DNA of 64,000 nucleotides from the human T2T-CHM13v2.0 reference genome, Homo sapiens, in assembly GCF_009914755.1 (NCBI RefSeq), contig NC_060928.1; one strand, written 5' to 3'. Positions 13,695-25,060 of the stretch are shown piece after piece. Made by a program: the position numbers and the translations under genes. The notes under the pieces were generated by a model. It was not told the DNA's origin and did not search any database. It worked only from the letters and a program-made list of their open reading frames with translations. Positions within the stretch are counted from its first letter, which is position 1, and each line of letters begins with the position of its first letter.

Positions 13695-13991
13695 CTATGC
13701 CAGCCAACGCAGTCGCCACTAGCCACATATATGGCTACTGAGAACTTAAAATGTGTCCAAACAAAAATTGAGATGTTCTACAGATATAAAATATACCTGG
13801 AATTTCAATCTGAATACAAAAAATAGAATGTAAAATATTTCATTGATAACTTAGAGCTATATGTTAATATAATATTTTGAATATATTAAGTCAAAGACAT
13901 TAAAATTAAATTTAAAATTTTTAAAAATGTAGTTACTTTACAATTTAAAATTAGATGAGTGATGTGCCTAGTATTCCTATTTAACAGTGCA
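13695..13991. mobile_element. MER33-like hAT-Charlie DNA transposon fossil
   Basis: gccactagccacatatatggctactgagaacttaaaatgtg...ttgagatgtt...gaatgtaaaatatttcatt...aatttaaaattagatgagtg. Confidence 0.7.
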
Positions 13992-14091
13992 AAACTTTAA
14001 AGTTTTGCATTTGGTCTTCAAGTAACCTATATCATAGATGCATATAAAATTTATAAAATCAGGAAATTTCAGAATTATTAAGGGAAAGTAG

Positions 14092-14193
14092 AGCAGAGCC
14101 CCAGCAATGCACAACTCCAGGGGGCGCTACTCGCATCACAATCTGTCAAAAGTGATCCTCAGGACTTCACAGGGCTCAGCCTGCATGGCCCTG
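14092..14193. mobile_element. MER91-like hAT-Tip100 palindromic MITE fossil carrying a CTCF-like motif
   Basis: tgcacaactccagggggcgctactcgcatcac...ggccctg matches the recalled MER91 consensus (TGCACAACTCCAGGGGGCGCCATTCACAT). Confidence 0.7.
14114..14129 (+). promoter_or_regulatory. Candidate CTCF site
   Basis: ACTCCAGGGGGCGCTA compared with the consensus CCACCAGGGGGCGCTA; the CpG is retained. Confidence 0.65.
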
Positions 14194-15688
14194 TATTGAA
14201 TGCTGTGCAATCATTCTCCCTATAAAATCAGCAATCCCTTCTAGAACATCCCTGGGGCAATCCCATAAAACTTTTCAGCACCCTCCACATCTGTTGCAAA
14301 ACATATAGAGAGTAATAAGACAAAAATATATAAAGTGAGTGGAGAATAGAGCTGACCGTACTCTAGGATGAAGAAGATGGCCAGAGCAACACCAAGTATG
14401 CAAAGTCTGAGATATATACAAGGATGCAGTGTTCTCAAGAAGGCTGTTTCCTTCCTAGAGACTAGAAGCATTTTTCAGAGGGTAATATTCACTTTAATTA
14501 CAAAATGCACCCGCCTCTCTCTTCCAAGGGAGAAAAGCCTGTTGTTGCATTTATAATGTAGCTTTAGTTTTTGATGCCAAAAACGATTCAGTAAACACAG
14601 TTATGTTATGATATACTATTTCTTATTCAGTACTCAAATTAATCTCAAGGCAGTGCTGGCATTAATTCAATTTGACGCCTGTACTTAGGATTTCACATAG
14701 GTGCCTTCATCCAGTTCTTCTTTGCAACTAATAAAATCTTAATTCATGGTAATATATTTATTTCTAGTTCAGTTCATGTTAAGGAGTGCAGTACTTTACA
14801 GAAAACTAATTAATATCAATCATATATTATAACACTTTTAATGGTTCATAGGAAAATCCTACACTGGGGGAAAGATTAGATGAACCAAGGGGTCTTAGCC
14901 CATCCTATTTACTCTATTTTTAGGACTTGAGAAAAAAGAATATCAAGCATCATTTCAAATATAAATTTAATTGAAGGTGTGCATCATAGGATGGCTGGGA
15001 ATTAAGAACCCGGGTTCTTATCCCTAAAAGGAAATTGATTTGATGTGGCCCAAGAATGTAATTTACACCCTCAGACTGTTTTCCACCTATTTTGTGTAAT
15101 AACCATATAATTTGCAGTCGGTGAAGATATTTAAATGGAGATGCATGGCATTATTAAAATAATGAACAACTTCACTAATAGCAAGCCTTCTGCAATTGTT
15201 GGTAACAATTCTACTTTTACATAATGTTTGAGTAATGTTGAGAGCATCATATTTCTGGAGATTGTACACATAGCCAGCAGGATAGTTTAAGTGTGAGTTC
15301 TTGACTATGAGTTCCTGGAGCCATGCAATACAGTGGTCCTCGCATTTCCTTAAGGAGCTACATTTAAAAAGCTGAATTCTCCCCCAGAAAACTGGAGCAG
15401 TGGATTACACAACTCTAAAAATCTTTAAAAATAAAAATTAAGAAGAATGCACTAGATCACTTGAAATGCATGGTCATAATATCCAGTCTTCCCAAATTAG
15501 GCATTTTATTCACTCTACAACAAATCCTCCACACTGACAAACGAACAGCTTTAAAAAAAAATGAAGTATACTACACACTTCTCTCTTTCTTTTTAGCAAT
15601 CTACACACAAAACCTCCAAATCTGGTATACACACATATATGTATCTTTAAAAGCCCTCATCACCAGAAATAAAACAAAACCCACCTAC

Positions 15689-15697
15689 CAATAGCAT
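15689..15697 (-). CDS. PPARGC1A: Exon 1c (1b') coding start MLL, using the distal donor of the alternative first exon
   Basis: The minus strand reads ATG CTA TTG|gtaggt (donor 15688-15683, phase 0). MLL is the known PGC-1alpha-c N-terminus. Confidence 0.88.
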
Positions 15698-15738
15698 AAA
15701 GCCTCCTAGGTGCAGACATAATGCCTCCTGATACTCAC

Positions 15739-15774
15739 TTTCAAAATTGAATCCATAGATGATAACCCCAACAT
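15739..15774 (-). CDS. PPARGC1A: Exon 1b coding start MLGLSSMDSILK (PGC-1alpha-b / alpha4-type N-terminus)
   Basis: The minus strand reads ATG TTG GGG TTA TCA TCT ATG GAT TCA ATT TTG AAA|gtgagt (phase 0), about 14 kb upstream of exon 1a. Confidence 0.95.
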
Positions 15775-15829
15775 GTGTGTCATTCATTTTACTGCAGTGC
15801 AAATACTGGTATCATGAGATGAGGGAACA

Positions 15830-16055
15830 CTCACAACAAGGGCTTCGGCAGGCCACTTTTTAATTCACAAGGGCATGGTGACGTGGGAGGGCATCTCAGA
15901 GTCACTACTAAATGAACTCCACAATAGGGCACAAATCTGAAACCCAATCTTAGCCAGATACGAACGTAAGAGCAAATATGTACAGTATCATGTGCTTTCC
16001 AGCAGCCCTGTGTCTCGAGGGAGCTCTCTGACATCAGCAATTGAGACAGGTGGTT
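15830..16055 (-). promoter_or_regulatory. PPARGC1A: PPARGC1A alternative (exercise/adrenergic-inducible) promoter
   Basis: TATA-like ATTAAAAA on the minus strand (15864-15857), CRE-like TGACGTGG (15879-15886), TCATGTG (15988-15994), TGACATCA (16029-16036) and E-box CAGGTG (16047-16052), all directly upstream of exon 1b. Confidence 0.85.
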
Positions 16056-17354
16056 CCCTTTCCAACCCGTGGAAAATAAAACCCTAGTTCAGAGGCACTA
16101 AGTAAATATAGCAGTACTGTAATTTTTCCTTGGTGCACTCTCCCTGTGATTTCTGTCCTATGATGACACTTTATCCCGGGAACCCATTCAGGACATCCAT
16201 CCATGCCCATAACTGACTGAACATTTGCAAACTGGTTAATATTGACATTAAAGAGAGTGTAGAAGACTCTGTTTTATGGCCCCAGTTGGTAGAGCTAGGG
16301 TTTTCCTCCTCTCATTTATTTGGAATACGTTGTCAAGTGGCTGCTCAAAACTTTACTGGATTATTTCACCCTTTGTCCCCTGTTATTAATATAACCCAAC
16401 AGAATGACAGACAAGAGTCAGACCATCTTAAAATCACATGCACAGAGCAGGTCAATACCAATCATATCCAGTTTGAGTCTGAGAGCTAAAATCAGCTGAG
16501 ATGTACTAAGCCCTTTGTGGTCACAACTATTTGCTTTTGAATTTAAGAATTACTCACAGAAGGGCACCCCATAACGTGTGTATAAAATTACTTAATTCAG
16601 CTTCTATTTCCCTTTCTGAACATAGATACTTTTACACTCTGACAGCCGCTGGCTCTTAAAGCATTCTCCTTTTTGTTGTATCTCCTTAGAAACACAAATC
16701 TTGTTCCCTGGCAGCGGTGGCGCTAAGTGCTGTACCACATGCCCAAACTAGTTCTCCCTCGCAGCTTTAATTCACAGTAAGTGGCATGAAAGGAGGTCAA
16801 CCCTTCTCAAAAAACACTCGGAGTTCTTTTCGACTTCAGAATCTATTTTGGAAAGCCCCACTCCCTAGTATGTAAAGAGCAGCTTCCCATTTTGAAATTC
16901 TGGCCATAACTATTGACAACTTTATGGAATGGTCCACAAAAGGGCAAACATAGGGATATGATCACACTTTCAACTCTTGATCCTAATTCTCTGTGGATTC
17001 TGGAAACGATGTCAGACAAGGAAGTCAACAACTGCCATCCACTCTTCGCCCCCAGATAACCCTTTTCATTTGAAAACTACTTATGGCATGCATACATGTT
17101 ATGGCTTTTCTTCCCTGAGGTGTTCATTGAATGCTTAACTCAATAATGCCATCTTAATCCTGAAAGTTTCCATGGTGACCTACAACTGTAATAAACAAGT
17201 CTAAGGAATGGAAAATGAAGTCAGGTCCTCTTTTTTCACCCTATTCTTCTTCACCTTTACAAATGCAGCCTTCTCTGCTTCTCTAAGTTCACAGTTCATA
17301 GATTTGGTGGCTAGAATAAAAATAAAAATAGTAATACAGAAATAGCATCCAGCA

Positions 17355-17590
17355 TTCGGTGAATGTTTACTGTATATCAAATGCTGTGCTGAGTAGTTCT
17401 GTAGATTATCTCATTTAATCCTTACACTAACAGTAGAAGTAAGTATTATTACTAATCTGATTCTAGGGATAAAATCACTGAAGTTGAGAGAGGTTAAGTA
17501 ACTTTTCTAAAGACAAAAGCTTGTAAGTGGGAGACCAGAAACTTCAAGACAGTCTTATTTGGCATCAAACATTTTGTTCTTAATGATCAG
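17355..17590 (-). mobile_element. MIR
   Basis: ttatctcatttaatccttac...actgaagttgagagaggttaagtaactt. Confidence 0.7.
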
Positions 17591-18075
17591 GCTATGCAGA
17601 AAAATAGCATTTTTTGTTTGTGCCCAACAGTCGCATAACTTAGACATCTAGGAGTCTCTTCACAAATCAGAAGGGAACCACAGCTTCATGTTCAGCAGGA
17701 AGATAAAAACACCACACACATCCAGCTAAAACCACCAGGGAAATTAAGAAAAGGCAGGACTCAAAGATGAGCACAGCCAACACATGGCACCCTGCTCTGA
17801 TCAAAAGAAGCCTTACAACAAGTGTCTCTAAATTTGATCTGACATACCATTTAAAAGAGTGCACTGTTCTTTGCAGATCAACCCCTACAGTTAACTTGGG
17901 GTGTCTGATTCAGGTCACTGAAGCACACCCCCAAGGAGAAGAAACACTTATTATAATGCCACCCTTCTCCTTAAATGAAATGAAGGCTCCTTTTGAAGAT
18001 AGCAATTCCAAACAAAGGCCGGAGTAAAACACATATTATGACCACATGAAAAATCTTATTATAAAGATGTTTTCC

Positions 18076-18373
18076 AGCCGGGCGCGGTGGCTCATGCCTG
18101 TAATCCCAGCACTTTGTGAGGTCTTGGTGGGAGGATCACTTGAGATCAGGAGTTCAAGACCAGCCGGGCCAACAGGGTGAAACCCTGTATCTACTAAAAA
18201 TACAAAAATTAGCTGGGCATGGTGGTGCATGCCTGTAATCCCAGCTACTCAGGAGACTGAGGCAGGAGAAGAACCCAGGAGGTGGAGGTTGCAGTGGGCC
18301 TTGACGGTGCTACGCACTCCAGCCTGGGTATTGAAGTGAGACTCTGTCTCACAAAAAAAAAAAAAAAAAAAAA
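18076..18373 (+). mobile_element. AluS (Sx/Sz-like), full length
   Basis: gccgggcgcggtggctcatgcc through to a poly-A tail. TSD-like aagatgttttcc and aagatattttcc. Confidence 0.95.
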
Positions 18374-21300
18374 AGAAGATATTTTCCATGCTACAACTGT
18401 GTTTCCATGAAGTACATACAGTATGTTTATCTAATCTAGAACAGACCTTAACAAATAGACTTTAACTTTGCCTCTTAGCATCAATAGTAGAATCAACGTC
18501 CAACAGATATTTTGCAGCCCCTGCTTGGAAATGTAGTCAAATATGAAAAGGGTCACATGGATTAAGGTCACTCAAAACTCACTGTGGTGCCAGCCTTCAG
18601 AAAGTGGGGCTAAAATATGTGGCTTTCTGATCTCCTCTCATTTAGGAAATAAGAATAAAACAAACTCCACTAAATTTATTTCCAAAACTGTAGGCTTTGG
18701 GAACTTTGTGGCTCTGATTCAGGAGTAATCATAGCTAAGCTCCAGAGTGCCTGGGTCACCTGGCAGTCTGGCGAGCTATCACTCAATAGGGCAGTATCCA
18801 AAGTAAATGGCCCAGAACACAAAACCAGAAGAGACTGCCTCTCCTGATATCTTTACACTTTCTGGAGCTAGAAGAACAAAGGCCATTAGGGATGACCTAT
18901 GGCTATTTAGAGTAGACCCGTGAATACTAATTCTGAAACCCCTACTGCCACCATCACCATCGCACCTAAAAAAACAAACAAGGAAGAACGAAACATAAAC
19001 CACTGATTATAACCGAGTAGCAATGAAAGTTGCATGCATTGATTCTGTAATAGTTTGATGTCTGACGCAAAGGTAGTGATTTATTTTTTAACAACTAACT
19101 TTGTAAGAAAGCATTAAGTTTACATTCATCACCCTTTCTCGATTTGCAAATTATGCATTTAAAGACACAGACCTCAAAGCAGAATTAGAACTCAGTCACA
19201 TGCAGAATACGTTGGTTGTGAAGGCTGTGCATTCAGTAAGGAGTCCCAGAGACACAAACCTGAGTGTGAAGTCCACTTCAGTACACCCTACCTCAATACC
19301 ACTAGTTAAGCTGCTTAACTTGTCTGATTCTTTATTTTTCCATCTCGAAAATGGGGATAATACCTACCTCACAGACTAAACATGGGAATTCAAGAGGACT
19401 AAGTAAATGGTTGTAGATGAGGAGCCTTTTAGAGCGCCTACTCTGCAGTTCGCACTATATAAATGCCCTTTTCTACGTAGTTCGAGTGGCTCAGCTTCAG
19501 TTAGCTTTCTGTTCTCCTAACCTTTCCTCTTCTTCCTTACTTGGGGCATTTTAAAATAAATGCACACATTAAGATTTCTGCATGTTTTATCCCATGAAGT
19601 GGGCGTTGGGACTCAGGAATGCACAAACATGTATGGGAAGCAGCGGCTCATGTTTCCCTCTCTGTGGGTGCCTTGCGCACATGGAGAAGGAAGAAAGAAG
19701 AAAACTGTTTGGGGCACAGAGTGAGCCTCTAAAATCAATGTGTAAGAGAGGCATTTTTGAAGATTAAAGATTTGTATGAAAAAAACTGAAAACTTTGAAA
19801 TGGACAAAGTGATATTTGAATTCACTACCGATGCTTCGTCATGGGATGTTGGGGCACATGTTTGTGGAAAGGTACAGTGCACATTGCCACCAAGTGTAAC
19901 TCTTTAAGAGAACGAGCGACAGTGTCTGCATTTTCCAATTTCAAGTGCCTCTTTAGGTATTTATAAGCAAAATCATCAAGAATTAAATGTGAAAAATTAA
20001 AATTTTAAAAATTCCAAAAATAGGCGAAATGCAGTAATTTCTCACTCAGAATAAAAGGAAAACTTGTAAGCTAGAGCACTTATATGTACTGAAGCTTTCT
20101 TTGAATATCTGTATCATAAAACTACACTATAACTACCCAAAGTTGAAAATAAGTAAAATAAATTGGTGACATAGGAGAGAAGAAATGTAAGCATAAAATT
20201 CATAGATTATATCTCTAAATATTATAAGTAGCCACCACCACTCATAAGGAGAATAGGGAACAGGAAAAAAAAAAAACACCCTACTTGGAAAATTATCCAG
20301 AGAAATATATCTCTTCAATTCATGTGTACAGTAGTTATTTATGTCTCAGTCAGTAACTTTAGACACGTCAAAGGGTGCAGAACAGACTTTATTCTTCCCT
20401 ACATGAACTCTGCCTATGAAATTCTAAATGTTCGCAGTCTTTCTACCTTATAAAGTTGATCCTAAAAAATTAAAATTAAAACTAAAAATCCTTGATAAAA
20501 TGCTCCACTGGGGTCCAATAACTACCTTAGCTCCATGATGCCAGGATAAACAGACACACATCACAAAGCTCTCTACACATGGGTGCATGTGTGGGAATGT
20601 GTGTATCTGCAAATGTGTAGAACACAAGATAAAAGTGGAAACCTCAATCAGAATTCACTACACTCCAAATGATAGTTCCGCAACATCCCAGGTGCTTAAC
20701 TTGTGTGAGATTTTATTGCTGTCTTCTCTGAAGCTGCTTACAGTCTGAGTAAATAGAAGATCCAACATGTAATCAATCAAAATATCCACATGTGATTAGT
20801 ACAGTAGTTGAGTGCATTGAAGGAGAAGTGGTGGGGATCAGCCAGGGTCTTGAAAACAGATCTAATTAATCTCCGAAACATCCTAGAATGAGTATGCCAG
20901 TCAGGCCCTATGAAGACTTTTATAGGTCCCTGACCCGTACGTAATTTGAAATAAAAACTAGACTCATTACTAAATTATGTATGTATAGAGAAGCTCAGTA
21001 AAGTCCTAATATTTGTCATAATAGCAGCTACAATTATTACTTTAAAAGATCAAATATAATAGTCTTTTAAGGAAAAATGACTGGTGCCCTACGTTGGGCT
21101 TGTGCATTGCTGGATGCCCTAATCATGAGGTTAGCATAGTACTGGCGAAACCTGCGTGGATGCCAATGTACAGATATAGGAAAATAGGAATGGTTTGGCA
21201 AGACCTTGCTTATTCATTCATAGCCCCTCTAATAAAAGTTCTGGGATCCAGAACAAATGGTTACAAGAGTCATACTTGGCTGGAGAAGAACACATGGATT

Positions 21301-21830
21301 CCTCTGGCTTTTGAGGGGTGCCTGCTGGGACCCCAGGAAAGTGACAGGCAGAAGGAGGAGGGATGATGAGGGAGAGACAGCATTCCCTTTGACATGAGGC
21401 CAATCTGGAGGCAGAACCAGGCTGTGACACTTCCTAACTCTTTGAAATGGGCCAAGACCCTGAATGTCCCTGGGCCTCTATAAAATAGAGATGAAACCAC
21501 TATCCTTATCAGTGTATAAGGATCAGATACCTAGCTTGGCATCTAGTAGACATTTGGTAAATGTTAGTTCTTCTCAATACTAAGGAGGCTAGAAAATAAA
21601 AAGTCCTAGTGACAAATGATGAATCATACCAGGTCCAATGTTAGCTGCTAAGGGAAATACAAAGAAATATGAAAGGTAGTGGGAGCCAAGATTTGGCTCT
21701 CAACCAGGTGGCAGAATGCAGCTGCTAACGTGATTTTATTGTGAAAATTGTTCTTTAATCCATAAAATAGCAGCAAGTCACTAGAAGACCAGAGACATAA
21801 AATCAAGAGTAGTTTACAATGAAAATAGGC

Positions 21831-22483
<653 letters not shown>

Positions 22484-22509
22484 ATATATTTTATATTTTA
22501 TACCCATTA

Positions 22510-22680
22510 CTATTTAAAGTGCTTTACACTTATTATCTTATGAAATGTCAACTATTGTTATCTCTTTTTTTCAGATGGAGAAACTGAGGCAGAGAATTAA
22601 GTAACTTGCTCAGGGTTACACATGTAACATGCAGGAAGGGTGACACTTGAACCTGGGCAGCCTGGTTCCAGAATTCATGC
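22510..22680 (-). mobile_element. MIR
   Basis: cagatggagaaactgaggcagagaattaagtaacttgctcagggttacac. Confidence 0.75.
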
Positions 22681-23520
22681 CCTCCCCTCCCCTCAACCCC
22701 CACCCAAACTGCCTCGCTCTAACGTCTGCCAAACTTTTAAATCTTTACTGTTTAAAACTGAGTGAAGCACTAAAGCAGCATAGTTGAGTAAGACCTGGAT
22801 CCTGGTTTCCCTGCAGCCCACAGCCTAACAGAGAAAATGGAATCAATGAGTCTGGAGTAACAGAGAAATCTACAGGACATAGTGAAATGCAACAGAGAAA
22901 CCCAGGCTGCCTAGAATAAAGTGGAGAAGGAGAAGCAGGTGTTAGCAGAACAGTATTCCTCCCCCCTCCCCTACTTTGATATCAACCTACCTGTCCCTAG
23001 CATAGCACTGGGCACATTCAGGAAAAATGATCACCTTTGTCATCTTTGGATAATCAAAATAGCATTTCCACTAATCTTATTTACAAATATAAACAAAATA
23101 GAATCTATCCCCATAAGGTGTCACCAATCTTCAGGGGGCAGCGATGCGAACACAAATACTTCTAATATGCATCCCCATGGTTTATGGCTATGACCTGAGA
23201 TCTTGAGATGACAGATACAATATAGAGCTAGAGTCCTGACATAATCACACCATCGACTTCTGAGAATTAACTGATGATTTTCCTAATGGATCATGAGTTT
23301 GAAGTATTTGCTCTTAAATGTTGATAAACTGAGATAAACAAGCATACATTTATCCAGGAAACACATGTTAAATTATAATTAGTCAATAACTTTCCAATTG
23401 GACAAGAAATTGACAGTGTCCATCAAGGACTAGAGAAATTGTGATAAGTCAATATGAATTTCACCAAGAAATATATATATATACTAACATGCATATTGGT
23501 AGCTTTAAAAAAATCACTCA

Positions 23521-23658
23521 TTTTTATTGTGGAAAGAACCCTTAACATGAGAGCTACTTCTTAACCTATTCTTATATGTACAATACAGTATTTTTAACTC
23601 TGGGCACACTGTTGTGCAGCAGATCTCTAGAATTTAGTCACCTTGTGTAACTGAAACT
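23521..23658 (-). mobile_element. L1 (L1MA/MB-type) 3'-end fragment
   Basis: tttttattgtgg...ttaacatgag...tacaatacagtatt...gcagatctctagaattt...taactgaaact. Confidence 0.7.
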
Positions 23659-23862
23659 AAAAAGCACCTGTTTTTATAAAGGTGTGATCCTGGAAGCTTC
23701 TCCGAAACTGCATGTCCCCAAACATAACCAACTTCAAACTGAATAATTGCAAAATGGAAAGCTTGAACCACAAAGAGACCATTAGGATAAGTCTGTAAAG
23801 ATATCCAATATGAGAAATGAATTTTTTAAGTGGGGAAATTTTTTAGAAAAGGAGAGACAGAG

Positions 23863-23949
23863 AATTCCCAGTGAAGAGGTGGCATTTTCAAGAGTAGGTT
23901 CTAGAAAATTCCCAATGAAGAGATGGCATTTTCAAGAGCAGGTTCTAGA
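23863..23949 (+). repeat. 44-bp tandem duplication (2 copies)
   Basis: aattcccagtgaagaggtggcattttcaagagtaggttctagaa followed by aattcccaatgaagagatggcattttcaagagcaggttctaga. Confidence 0.92.
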
Positions 23950-24530
23950 TTGGGCTTTCTAGGTCAGACCAAGAGACAGCTTGTTGCAGAGTAGGACTTA
24001 ACACCCCTGGCTTCTGACAGTGACCTCAGCTCACAGCTCTATGGCCTAAGGAAAGGTACCAAGGCTTTCTGTGTCTCAGTTTCTTCACGTATAAAGTAGG
24101 AATCACCATGCCTATATCTTAGGGTCTTATGATGATCCCATCAGGATCATGTGAGACAATACAACTGATTCTTAATCATGTGTGTCAATTTGGCTCGGCT
24201 ATGGTGCTCAATTGTCTAATAAAGCACTAGTTTAGATGTTGCTGTGTGGGTTTTGTGTAGATGTGATTAATATTTATAATCAATTGATTTAGGTAAAGCA
24301 GATGACCCTCCATAATATGGGTGAGCCTCATCCAGTCAGTTGAAGGCCTTAAGAGTGAAAGCTGACGTTTCCTTGAGAAAGAATTCCCTATGAGCTATGA
24401 AACCTGCCTGAATTCCCTGTTTGCTGGCCCACACTGTGAATTCTGAACTCAAGACTGCAGTGTCAACTCTTAAATGAGTTTCCAGCCTGCCCTACCAATT
24501 GTAGCCTTGCCAGCCTCCACAATCACATGA

Positions 24531-24851
<321 letters not shown>

Positions 24852-24991
24852 ACATGAACTAATTTCTTAGCATGCATGTGCACACACACATACACTCTCT
24901 CTCTCTCTCAACTGATATATGATATATATCATATTATATATGATATATATAGAATCTCTCAATTGGTAGATATTATATATATTATATATTT

Positions 24992-25052
<61 letters not shown>
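24992..25052. repeat. (TA)n(GA)n compound microsatellite
   Basis: The dinucleotide runs are seen directly. Confidence 0.9.

Positions 25053-25060
<8 letters not shown>

Noticed and set aside
16700-16730. CTCF-like GGCAGCGGTGGCGCT
   Set aside because: Only the right half fits, and the CCASYAG half needs a gap, so it is too weak to call.
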